A stretch of DNA of 64,000 nucleotides from Eledone cirrhosa (Eukaryota): assembly GCA_964016885.1 (NCBI GenBank), contig OZ024742.1, forward strand, positions 159,092,001 through 159,156,000. The letters run 5' to 3'. Position numbers and translations under genes: made by a program. Numbering within the stretch: position 1 is the first letter of the stretch; each line of letters opens with the position of its first letter. This document shows positions 1 to 14,424 of the stretch, piece after piece. The notes beneath the pieces are model-generated. The model searched no databases. It had not been told where the DNA came from and was given only the letters and a program-made list of their open reading frames with translations.

Positions 1-243
1 ATATATATATATATACATATATATATATACATATATATATACATATATACGTATATATACATATATATATACATATATACGTATATATATATACATATAT
101 ATATATATACGTATATATATATATATATACGTATATATGTATATATATATATGTATATATATATATGTATATGTATATATATGTATATGTATATATATGT
201 ATATGTATATATGTATATATATATATATGTATATGTATATATG

Positions 244-316
<73 letters not shown>

Positions 317-507
317 GTATTATATATATATACGTATATATATATATATATATATATATACGTATATATATATATATATATATATATATACGTATATATA
401 TATATATATATATACGTATATATATATATATATATATATATACGTATATATATATATACGTATATATATATATGTATATATATATATACGTATATATATA
501 TATATAC

Positions 508-543
<36 letters not shown>

Positions 544-720
544 GTATATATATATATATATATATATACGTATATATATATATACGTATATATATATATA
601 TATATATATACGTATATATATATATACGTATATATATATATATATACGTATATATATATATATATATATATATACATACATATATATATGTATATATATA
701 TACGTATATATATACGTATA

Positions 721-754
<34 letters not shown>

Positions 755-1061
755 CGTATATATATATATATATACATATATATACATATATATACATATA
801 TATACATATACATATATATACATATACATATATATACATATATATACATATACATATATATACATATATATACATATACATATATATACATATATATACA
901 TATACATATACATATATATACATATATATACATATACATATATATACATATATATACATACATATATATACATATATATACATATACATATATATACATA
1001 TATATACATATATATACATACATATATATACATATATATATATACACATATATATATATAC

Positions 1062-1092
<31 letters not shown>

Positions 1093-1151
1093 CATATATA
1101 TATACATATATATATATATATACATATATATATACATATATATATATATAC

Positions 1152-1233
<82 letters not shown>

Positions 1234-1304
1234 CATATATATATACATATATATATATACATATATATATATACATATATATATATATACATATATATAT
1301 ATAC

Positions 1305-1371
<67 letters not shown>

Positions 1372-1432
1372 CATATATATATATACATATATATATACAT
1401 ATATATATATACATATATATATATACATATAC

Positions 1433-1465
<33 letters not shown>

Positions 1466-1508
1466 CATATATACATATATATATATACATATACATATAT
1501 ATATATAC

Positions 1509-1541
<33 letters not shown>

Positions 1542-1626
1542 CATATATACATATATATATATACATATACATATATATATATACATATATACATATACAT
1601 ATATATATATACATATATATATATAC

Positions 1627-1657
<31 letters not shown>

Positions 1658-1892
1658 CATATACATATATATACATATATATATATATACATATACATAT
1701 ATATACATATACATATATATATACATATATATATATACATATATATATATACATATATATATATACATATATACATATATATACATATATATATATATAC
1801 ATATATATATATACATATATATATATACATATATATATACATATATATATATATACATATATATATACATATATATATACATATATATATAC

Positions 1893-1923
<31 letters not shown>

Positions 1924-2207
1924 CATATATATATACATATATATATACATATATATATATACATATATATATATATACATATATATATATACATATATAT
2001 ATACATATATACGTATATATACATATATATATACATATATACGTATATATATATACATATATATATATATACGTATATATATATATATATATACGTATAT
2101 ATGTATATATATATATGTATATATATATATGTATATGTATATATATGTATATGTATATATATGTATATGTATATATGTATATATATATATATGTATATGT
2201 ATATATG

Positions 2208-2282
<75 letters not shown>

Positions 2283-2468
2283 GTATATATATATATATAC
2301 GTATATATATATATATATACGTATATATATATATATATATATATATATACGTATATATATATATATATATATACGTATATATATATATATATATATATAT
2401 ATACGTATATATATATATACGTATATATATATATGTATATATATATATACGTATATATATATATATAC

Positions 2469-2504
<36 letters not shown>

Positions 2505-2685
2505 GTATATATATATATATATATATATACGTATATATATATATACGTATATATATATATATATATATATATACGTATATATATATATACGTATATATAT
2601 ATATATATACGTATATATATATATATATATATATATACATACATATATATATGTATATATATATACGTATATATATACGTATATA

Positions 2686-2719
<34 letters not shown>

Positions 2720-3026
2720 CGTATATATATATATATATACATATATATACATATATATACATATATATACATATACATATATATACATATACATATATAT
2801 ACATATATATACATATACATATATATACATATATATACATATACATATATATACATATATATACATATACATATACATATATATACATATATATACATAT
2901 ACATATATATACATATATATACATACATATATATACATATATATACATATACATATATATACATATATATACATATATATACATACATATATATACATAT
3001 ATATATATACACATATATATATATAC

Positions 3027-3057
<31 letters not shown>

Positions 3058-3100
3058 CATATATATATACATATATATATATATATACATATATATATAC

Positions 3101-3199
<99 letters not shown>

Positions 3200-3296
3200 C
3201 ATATATATATACATATATATATATACATATATATATATACATATATATATATATACATATATATATATACACATATATATATATACATATATATAT
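1..3296. repeat. Compound (TA)n microsatellite with CA/TG/CG variant units and a ~1.96 kb internal higher-order duplication
   Basis: Nearly pure TA alternation. The order of interruptions at 1-~1150 recurs at ~1965-3110 (first CG at 50 vs 2012; ACAC at 1044 vs 3007). Confidence 0.95.
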
Positions 3297-3835
3297 AAAA
3301 ACAAATAACGAAACAAAATTAAATTTCGCTTCGTTTGTAACTCACTTTTGTATGACTGACGCTTAAACAATTAAGTTAAAAATGTACATCCACATATGTA
3401 TACTGAAATACTAGTATGCATATGAATACACACACGTATACATATGTAGATGTACCGAGTTTTTCACTGGTCACTTTACTGTGAGTGTCCAGCTATTCTG
3501 TATGTAAACACACAGACAAACCGGTTTTTAGAGTCATACTGGTTTTTGAGGAAACACCTTTCCTCTATTCTCCAGAAAGCCAGACAAGGAATATTGAACT
3601 AGTTTCGATGTTGTTACATCTCATCAGCAATATTTACCTATCTTCCGGCCTTTCTAGAGAATCGTAAAAGCACATATCGTTATATGCTTTTTCTATGAAA
3701 ATTAGTAGTGGGCAGACTAATTTGCATAAAGTGACCAGTGAAAAACTCGGTACATCTACATATGTATACGTGTGTGTATTCATATGCATACTAGTATTTC
3801 AGTATACATATGTGGATGTACATTTTTAACTTAAT
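3297..3835 (-). mobile_element. ORF-less HHR-bearing module (family A; Penelope pLTR/retrozyme-like) with an inverted 5'-truncated copy
   Basis: Homologous to 5071-5392 and 47204-48410 (shared ctcact..tgacgcttaaa, agga..ctagtttc..tcatcagca, gcag.ctaatttgcata). Perfect 109-bp inverted repeat 3370-3478/3727-3835. Both ends run into (TA)n. Confidence 0.75.
3590..3634 (-). ncRNA. Minimal type I hammerhead ribozyme (intact core, GUU site)
   Basis: Minus strand reads AAUAUUG-CUGAUGA-GAUGU(AACA)ACAUC-GAAA-CUAG-UU^CAAUAUU: 7-bp stem I, 5-bp stem II, palindromic ACUAGU stem III. Confidence 0.88.
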
Positions 3836-5070
<1,235 letters not shown>

Positions 5071-5392
5071 GTAAGTATGTATGTATACGTACATACATAT
5101 ATGTATACAGACGTACAGTAGCATGCATATATATACATATATATATATATATACATATATATACACATATGCATACAGGTACACATACATATATGCACGC
5201 ATCAGTTTAGCCGACGTTTATTATAACGCCTGCTTTGTTCGTTTGTTTGTCAACAAATCGAACAGCCTGAATTTATGCCATACGGTGTTAAGGCAACCAC
5301 GTCACCTTTTTGTTCAACACTGACACAGGAACGATGTACTAGTTTCAAGCTTGTTAGCTATCATCAGCACCGTTTACCCATCTGCCAGATAG
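5071..5392 (-). mobile_element. HHR-bearing module, family A (second copy)
   Basis: Clearly similar to 47717-47985 (gtaagtatgtatgtatacgtacatacatatatgtatacagacgtacagtag...ggcaaccacgtcacc...cactgacacaggaacgatgtactagtttcaagctt). AATAAA on the minus strand near 5217-5222. Confidence 0.78.
5330..5374 (-). ncRNA. Minimal type I hammerhead ribozyme (intact core, GUA site)
   Basis: AACGGUG-CUGAUGA-UAGCUAACAAGCUU-GAAA-CUAG-UA^CAUCGUU: 7-bp stem I with one G.U pair, AGCU/AGCU stem II. Confidence 0.88.
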
Positions 5393-6314
5393 GTGCCTAC
5401 TGACTGTAGGTTTCACTTTGTACTTAGGTAAGGCGGGTCTTCTGTATTACTGTGTAGCGCCAAAGATCTCGGTCCAGTGACATTGTCTTGGAGAGGTGTA
5501 AGTGTGTGAGGTCGGAATTTATCAAGTCGTCCCAGGTTTTTCTCGGTCTGCCTACTCTGTGGCTACCGTCTATTTTTATCGCCCTGCACTTTTTTATACA
5601 GCTGTCGTCTTTCATGCGCATCACGTGACCATACCAACGTAGTCTTCTCTCGAGTAAACAACATCTGATCCCTCTTATTCCTAATTTCTACCTTAGTTCA
5701 TTTATGCTTTGCCGTTCACGTATATTACTATTACACATCTAACGGAGTATGCAAGCTTCGTTCCTCTCCAGTCTGCATATATCCTCTGCACACAATGCCC
5801 AAGTCTCACTGCCATGTAACATTGCTGTTCGTATGCAGGCAGCATACAGCCTGCCTTTCATTTTTACAAAGAACCCTTTAGTGGCCAATAGTGGTATAAG
5901 CTCTCTGAACTTTTTCCATCCCGTTCTGACTCTAGCTACTGTACTTTCAGAGCACCTTCCACCACTGCTGATTTTGTCACCCAGGTAACGGAAGGTGTCC
6001 ACTATTTCTATAGAACCATCTGTGCAATGGAATGAGCTAGTATTCTGTGGGCACTTGCTGCTACTTATTGCATCTGAGCACCGGCCACATATAAAATCTA
6101 TATTCTTAGTTAGCTTACCTGTGATCCCACTACATCTTTTATACACCCATACTTTGCATTTGGGACATAAAATGGAGTTTCTGCCTACTCCTTTCCTACA
6201 CACTGAGCATGGCCATTTCCCAGATGGGACCAGTGCCCTATTTTCCTTCCTACAAACTAGAACTTTAGTCTTAGACAGGTTAATTTTAAAGCCTTTTGAT
6301 TCTAGGCCATGCAT
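5393..6314 (-). mobile_element. RTE-clade LINE fragment (C-terminal RT; decayed)
   Basis: ORFs 5739-6374 and 5424-5624: LESKG..WPCSVC..FRYLG..LHGSETW..RRLRWYGHV..GRPRKTW. Confidence 0.9.
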
Positions 6315-6354
6315 CCATATATACATATATATACATATATATATATACGTACAT

Positions 6355-6386
<32 letters not shown>

Positions 6387-6435
6387 ATATATATATCTAT
6401 GTATATATATATATGTATGTATATATATATATGTA

Positions 6436-7763
6436 TATAACTTTGAATAACTTTGAAATGTTTTGGCCAGTATTGGCCCAGGCCATGTCTAACTTAATAG
6501 CACCACCTGGCGAAGTCTTTCAATTCAGGATTTGGGCACCATGGCCCATTCGAGAAGAGAATTACTGTTTGCGGAGACATATCCGGGTGTGGGTGGTTTG
6601 TCCGGGATTACTTGGAGGAATTTGTCCAAAGACTTCTTGAATTTTGTGTGGTCAGTTTCTGTTTTGACGTGTCCTGGTGTGATGTTGAAGAGAGCAGGGC
6701 CGATTGAGGTGAAATAATTGTGCCGTATTGTTGTTATGAGTTGCGATTTAGATTTTTGAATGGGACGGATAGCACGGGGCCCAAGCCTTGGGTGTATCTT
6801 GAAGGCGATGCCAACATCATTTGGGCAGTGATGATGGAACATTTTCCACATCATGCAGATAATATAACGCTCACGGCGACGTTGGAGTGAGTAAAGTTTC
6901 AGGTTTTGCAATCGACCCCAGTAGTCAAGGTCTGACATGCCATCTATCTTTTTCGTGATTGCCCTTTGAGGAGCTTCAAGTTTCATGATACTTTGTTTCG
7001 TGTGGGGAGACCACAGTGGACAACAGTATTCAAGGTGTGGTCGGGCGAAAGTAGAGAAGAGAAGGATAATGGTGCGGGAATCTCTCGACTGGAAGGTTCT
7101 GAGGATCCAGGAACACATTCTGCGGGCCATGTCAACTTTGCTGCTTATATGCGTGGTCCAGCTTATGTTGCTGTCCACGGTTACTCCCAAGTCTCTGATG
7201 TTGTTAGATGCCACGAGAGTTTCCCCGGAGGGAAGGGAGTACGGGAGTTTCAGAGCATCCTCTTTTCCAAAGTGGATCAGTTCGAATTTGTCTTCGTTCA
7301 GTAACATGTTATTCTTTTCTGCCCATTGGGTAACAGCCAGTAGGTCTGACTGAAGGCTTATCCGGTCATCCACGCCATTGATGACCTTTTGGAGCTTGGA
7401 ATCATCAGCGAAAATTTTAATGTTGCTGTGTTTGATGATGTCAGTGATGTCATTAATATAGATGATGAAGAGAAGTGGGCCCAACACAGTGCCTTGTGGG
7501 ACTCCACTACTGACTTTGGCTGGGCTTGATTTGACTCCCTCAACTACAACATGTTGGGTTCTGTTTGACAGGAAGCTCTTGATCCACTGCAGCAGCTTTC
7601 CAGTGACACCAATATTGGACAGCTTTCTCAGTAGAATGTTATGATCAACCCTGTCAAAGGCCTTGCTGAAATCAAGGTAGATAACATCAGTGTTGGAACC
7701 CTCTCCCAAGGCTCTCAAAATGTCATCAAAGTGATGCAGTAGTTGCGTCAGGCAATCCCTTCC
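6436..7763 (-). mobile_element. CR1/L2-group LINE, 5'-truncated, uninterrupted RT ORF (6525-7718, frame open to 7763)
   Basis: [67 protein letters not shown]. Short 3' UTR ends in (TTCAAAGTTA)2. Flanked by (TA)n on both sides. Confidence 0.9.
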
Positions 7764-8292
<529 letters not shown>

Positions 8293-8444
8293 TAATGAAA
8301 TTATTGTGTACAGTGCTCAGGTGCGCTACAACTCATCAAAGGTGCATGTATAGTATATAGAATAATGTACAAATGTCAGGAAAGTGAACAGTGTATGAGT
8401 CATGATGTACATGTGTGCATGTGTATGGAGGGGGTGGGGAATAT

Positions 8445-8481
<37 letters not shown>

Positions 8482-8482
<1 letters not shown>

Positions 8483-8796
8483 CATCATCATCATCATCAT
8501 CAACGTTTAACGTCCGTGTTCCACGCTTGCATGGGTTTGGACGGGGGTAGTCCCACTTGAGGCAAGAGTGATTGTCTTGCTCGCATAGGACTGTCTGGCA
8601 GGTTTTCTACAGTTGGATGCCCTTCCTAACACCAACCACATTTACAGTGTGGGTCTGGGAGGTTTTTACCGTGTTGCCTACACGGCCACATTACAGCGTG
8701 GACTGTGTGTTTTTTTGTCGTGACACCTACACGATCTCATTTGTTTCGGCCTGGATGGCGCGGCACCAACATAACTTTACATAGAACGGGGTGGTG

Positions 8797-8797
<1 letters not shown>
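8482..8797 (-). mobile_element. RTE LINE 3' UTR fragment with (GAT)n tail
   Basis: Reverse complement of the 3' UTR at 34820-35110; (CAT)n abuts (TA)n. Confidence 0.85.
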
Positions 8798-8830
<33 letters not shown>

Positions 8831-8849
8831 TATACATATATATATATAT

Positions 8850-9176
8850 TGAGGCACATGGCTTAGTGGTTAAAGCATTGTCCTTGCAATCGAAAGGTTG
8901 TTCAATTCTCAGACCGGGTGATGTGTTGTTTCCTTGAGCAAGATGCTTTATTTCACATTGCTCCAGTTTACTCAGCTGTAGAAATGAGATGATCGGGACT
9001 GGGGTGCCTATCATTCCACTCCAGAATGGTCGTGGAGGTGCCACGGCAAAAAAGCACCCAGCACTCACTGTAAATGAGGTTGGTGCTAGGAAGGGCATCC
9101 AGCTGTAGAAATCAAGCCAGAATCAGTTCCCTTGCAAGCAGGGAAAAGTGGACGTAAAATGATGATGATGATGATA
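8850..9176 (+). mobile_element. tRNA-derived SINE (CORE-like domain) followed by RTE-type 3' tail
   Basis: A-box-like tggcttagtggtt, B-box-like gttcaattc, ccttgagcaag..cacattgctccag, then aggaagggcatccagctgtagaaa..(GAT)n. Confidence 0.65.
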
Positions 9177-9479
9177 CATATACATATATATATACGTTAT
9201 GTCCTTGAGCAAGACATTTTAGTTCACATTGCTTCTTCTACCTGGAGTTGTGACCAATTGGAAAGACCAATGGAAACATCGTTTCCTCGGTCCGATTTGA
9301 CGAAAGTCAATCGTTCCAAGTATACATATATACATATACATATACATATATACATATATATACAAATATAACCCATGCTAGCGTGGAAGATGGCCATTAA
9401 ACGATGATCATGAAATATATATATATATATATATCACATAAGAAATTGAGAATCAGTGTTGCGACGAATAAGATTTATT

Positions 9480-9576
9480 AGACATATTACAATCGTTTCT
9501 CTGGTGACCAGCTCGAGTCACGATCAATGCAATGATCAAACCTGACTCTGAAATCGCAAGATCCTTGGATATGTCT
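9480..9576 (-). ncRNA. Decayed hammerhead, long-stem-II class
   Basis: AGACAUAU-CCAAGGA-(62-nt hairpin with GAGUCA/UGACUC and GAUCA/UGAUC)-GAAA-CGAUUG-UA^AUAUGUCU-AAUAAA. Stem I is a perfect 8 bp, but the CUGANGA box is mutated. Confidence 0.6.
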
Positions 9577-10130
9577 CGATTCTATGAAGTTACACTCGCT
9601 ACCTTCGATCGGCAGCTTAGATTCTATTATTTTCATTCTATGAGTGGTCAAGAATTGTACATGTCATCGGTATTTTTGGCCACTCACGGCCATCATATAT
9701 CTGATTCCTTTCAATTGCCACCTGTCAATCAAAGTTGTTTCTTATATCGGGATTACTACTGTAGTGGGTAAGGGGTTGTATGATTGAACGGGTCACGTCT
9801 TGTCGCAGTCCTGCCGTCCCGTAGGATCCCACACCCATGTCCATGTATCGCGCAGGTGTGTTAGGTATGAGCACTCATACACCCACACCAATCAGATACA
9901 CACCCGCAACTGTCTCATATGCGACAATCACAGTAAATATTAAATGTGTATCGAATACTTAGAAAGAAAAAACATTTTAAAAAACATTTAAAAAGGCATT
10001 TCATAAAAACACAACCACATTTCAAAAAGAAAACCCTATAAAAAGAACGTCTTTAAAAGGATGCTTGGAAGGGCCCTTCAAAAAGTTATTTCAAAGGTAT
10101 TTTTGATCAGTATATGCACATCCACACACA

Positions 10131-10551
10131 CACTCTACTCAGTGAATCATATATACTTAAGACACTGTACTCAGTGAATCATATATACTTAAGACGCTGT
10201 ACTCAGTGAATCATATATACTTAAGACACTATACTCAGTGAATCATATATACTTAAGACGCTGTACTCAGTGAATCATATATACTTAAGACACTGTGCTC
10301 AGTGAATCATATATACTTAAGACACTGTACTCAGTGAATCATATATACATAAGACACTGTACTCAGTGAATCATATATACTTAAGACACTGTTCTCAGTG
10401 AATCATATATACTTAAGACACTGTACTCAGTGAATCATATATACTTAAGACACTGTACTCAGTGAATCATATATACTTAAGACACTGTACTCAGTGAATC
10501 ATATATACTTAAGACACTGTACTCAGTGAATCATATATACTTAAGACGCTG
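10131..10551. repeat. 32-bp minisatellite, ~13 copies (ACTCAGTGAATCATATATACTTAAGACACTGT)
   Basis: AGTG recurs every 32 nt from 10141 to 10525; no spacers. Confidence 0.95.
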
Positions 10552-11725
10552 CGCGCATATACAGATGAAAAAATTGAGAATCTACACATAAATATGCATA
10601 CACCTACATAGACCTGTTCATACAATTAGATACACCCGTACATGCATGCACACACATGCATACATGTGCCCGCACATGGGCATGCCTATACCTCTGAAAA
10701 AAGAGCCTATATTTGATGAATACCCATACATCCACACACATACACACGCAACTGTGCACATGGTGCAAACAATATTATATGAGACAACATTCTTAAGGCT
10801 TGCACTCAACCCATATTATGCTGAAAGTGCACACACAATATATATAAATGCAGTATCTACATATTAGCCATGTACTATATATATATACACAAATTGGATC
10901 AGAGAATATAGTATAATTCAACAGATGAAATGATAATGATGAGTTACTTTCTATGAAATAAACAGCTGAAATCTGAAAGAGATTGGCATCAAAGTGTTGA
11001 AACATTACTACCCACCTACAGGCTTACTAAAATAACAAACATGTTTTTGCCTACTAAGTTTACCCACATCACTATGGCAATAAAGCAAAAAAAAAAATAG
11101 AAACTCTCGATTCTTCTTAATTCTTTATGTAATTTAAATAAATAAATTTTTTTCTTTAATATTTTCTTCTCATTTTATCAAGATTATTTTTTTGAAAAAA
11201 CGAAGAAGCATCTAAACAGTATGCATCATTTTTTTTATATTTAAAATATAAAAATAAAAATGTTAAACTGATCTTCATTTTTGGAAAGATATGAAAAAGA
11301 AAAAAATGTTTATGAAACGAACTAGAAACACAGAGATCTGAGATGAGTGATTGGGAAGGAGAAGAATAGAGGTGGATAATAAATCCAAATGAAATTTCCT
11401 GAATAATATATAAAGAATAGACTGTTTAAATGCAAGAATTGTGGCGCCAAGACCTGATGCAGTGACAGAAGCAAAACTTTTAAGTATTCACAGAAATTAT
11501 TCTTGATGATTTTTCCAGAACAAATTTGTGTTTTTTAAAAAGTATTTTTGTAAAGTAGATATACAGCATTCATTATTAATATAACAACCAAATTTAATGA
11601 TATGTATAATATATATATATATATTTTATAGCTCTGATTTATCCAAATTATTGAGCCCTCTGTCACACATGTCGGATATTGTTTATCGTGATTTCGTGGG
11701 CTGATATTCCGATTCTCGATTATTC

Positions 11726-11798
<73 letters not shown>

Positions 11799-12329
11799 GT
11801 GAGTATATATATATAGAGAGAAAGAGACAGAGAGAGAGATAGATGTATGCGTGCACATGCATGTGAGTGTGTGTTATATATTATGATTCATACATGAAAC
11901 GTATTATGCTACCTTAGGTTTCAAGTTATAGTCATGGCAACACATGTACACAATGATCTAGAATGCATGAAGCAGCACTCCAACTTGCAGGCCTAATTCA
12001 TAACAACATGTGACTTTCAAATGAAAACAGGGCACAATAAAGTACAGACATGTTGTGCAAATAGTAACACCAGAAGGAGGGAAATATAAAAAAGAGAATT
12101 TGTATGAGAGTGAGAGAGTGTCTGTATAAGAGAGTGAGAGTATATGAGAGAGAGAATTGTAGCAAGGCTAAGTAAACAGTTATTTAATCAAAAAAGAACT
12201 GTGTAGCATTACACTAGTAACAAATAGTAAAGTTGCACATGAAAAAAAATGAAATACTGAGACGTTAGAATAAAAGCAACCATCTTCCTCTTGAGCTATG
12301 CAATTTTGTACATGAGGGTGATATTGCGT

Positions 12330-14023
12330 AATATTGAACCAAGATTACATAGCGGCTTAGAACAAGCCAATGGAAAGATGTATATAAGAACAGCATAGAA
12401 ACAGGAGACAACAAGTTTGACTAGAAACAGGACAGTAGATGTAGACCAGTTGTGCAAATGGTAAAACAATGAGATAAATAGACTGTAATAAAGGCTAAGG
12501 CCTTCTCTGGAGAAGAATGTGCCACCCAACACAAGTTAGTTATTAGTGATATCAGCTTAAACACAAGAGATGCAGGAAAACATGGAAACAGAGGGTTGGG
12601 AAGCTAAAGAACCTTTCGGTTAAATATAGGTTTAGAAAAGCCCTAATTAGGGAAAGAATCAAATTATAAAACATGCAGTTTGGTTTCATGCCTGGGAAAA
12701 GCACTGTAGATGCCCTCTTTTTAGTGAGGCAACTACAAGAGAAGTTCTCTTGAAGTTGCCAAGAATATGCCGCTAAATTTAGCTTTGACAGAGTAACTGC
12801 CTTTACTAGAGTACCTCAATCTATAACAGAGAAGTTTAAGACTGGCTGTCCATGGAGACTTCTTTATGTGGATGGTATGGTCCTTATAGCTGATCAATAA
12901 AAGAATTAGAGAATAAGTTCCAACTATAGAAACAGAATTTGGAATCAAAAGGTCTGAGAGTAAACTTAGCTAAAACTAAATTGCTAATAAGTAGGAAAGA
13001 AGATGGGACCCTGATTCCCTCAAAGAAGTAGAAAAGGAGTAAACATAAACTCTATACAATATACACAATGTAAATCCTGGGTACTCACTGTAAATGAGGT
13101 TGGCATTAGGAAGGGCATCCAGCTGTAGAATTAAAGCCAAAATCAGTCCTGTATGAGCAAGACATGGTCACCTGACCTAGCATTGTCCACAACAGGACAA
13201 CTCATCTAACCCATGCTAGCGTGGAAAAATGGACGTAAAATGATGATGATGATGATAATGATGGTAAGAGATATAGTGGAATAATTGGTAGACTAACAGA
13301 AAGGAAAGACTTTGTATGTAGAAGATGCACAGGGGTAACCGCAAGGAAGTGGAACAGTGATGTAAACCTATTCCACTCAGAAGAAAGACCCATAAATGTG
13401 GTTGATAACATCTGTTATCTAGGTAATTTAATTAGCAATGGAGGAGGATACCCTGAGAGCATAATAGCTAGAACAAGGAAAGGATGGAAGAAGTTTAGAG
13501 ACCTACTCCCACTGTTGACAACAAAAGGTTTCTCGCTGCATACAAAAGGTTGACTGTATGACTCCTGTGTGCAAAGTGTGATGCTGCGTGGTAGTGAAAC
13601 ATGGGCTGTGACTGCAGAAGACATGCGTTGGTTGGAGAGAAATGAAGCAATCATTCTTTATTGGATGTGCAATGTAAATGTGAGAGAAAGGCAGTGCTTG
13701 GATGATCTGAGGGAGAAACTCGGTTTAAGAGGAATCTGATGTGGTGTGCAAAAGAAAAGACAGCGTTGGTATGGACATGTGATATACATAGATGATGATG
13801 ATCGTTGGGTGAAGAAGTGCCAGGAAATCTTAGTGGAGGGAAGCCGGAGTAGAGGTAGACAAAAAAAGACCTGGGCAGCAGTGGTGAGAATTGATCTTAA
13901 ATCGCTGAGACTCACAGAGGAAATGGTGAAGGAACACGGTGACTGGAGAGATAGTGGGCTGTAAAGGACCCATCTAACCCAAGCAAGCATGGAAAAACAG
14001 ATGTAAAGAGGATGATGACGGTG
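12330..14023 (+). mobile_element. Old, heavily deleted RTE LINE with an inserted 3'-UTR fragment (13080-13262)
   Basis: Fragments of the endonuclease end, QFGFMPGKST, LESKGLRVNL, GWKKF, RWYGHV; many stops; (GAT)n tails. Confidence 0.8.
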
Positions 14024-14424
14024 ATATATATGTGTGTGTGTGTATAAATATATACATAATCTATATATACATATCTATCTGTATATATATATTCTCAGGA
14101 AAATGGGAAAATTCGGCGTATGGAAGCTGTTAGAACAGAAAAATGCAATCGAAGCGGTATTGGTAAAAATATTACCTCGAAGGACAGAGATCAATGGCTC
14201 AAAGGTAGGAAGAGAAGATAGGATGGAGGAAGGATGAAAGCAAACAGGTCACAAACATTAAAATATTCTCTTCAGATCTCAACCTCCAGTAGTTTCAATG
14301 AATATTAATATATATATTCAGAAAGATCAAATACATTTACAAACCTGCTGTCAGTCTCTTTGCATACTATGTATACTTGCTGTCTAATTTCTGTTTTAAC
14401 TACTTCATACGTATATTTGCCACC

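Noticed and set aside
10131-10551. CRISPR-like 32-bp repeats
   Set aside because: Head-to-tail with no unique spacers, no cas genes, and a eukaryotic context.
10935-10975. Candidate VAMP4 exon 5 (AG..GT-bounded 25 nt on the minus strand)
   Set aside because: The translation (DFSCLFHR) does not resemble the VAMP4 SNARE C-terminus.
11630-11730. GAAA-UCACGA-UA on the minus strand in a TA-flanked island
   Set aside because: No CUGANGA or stem I partner; at most a truncated relic.
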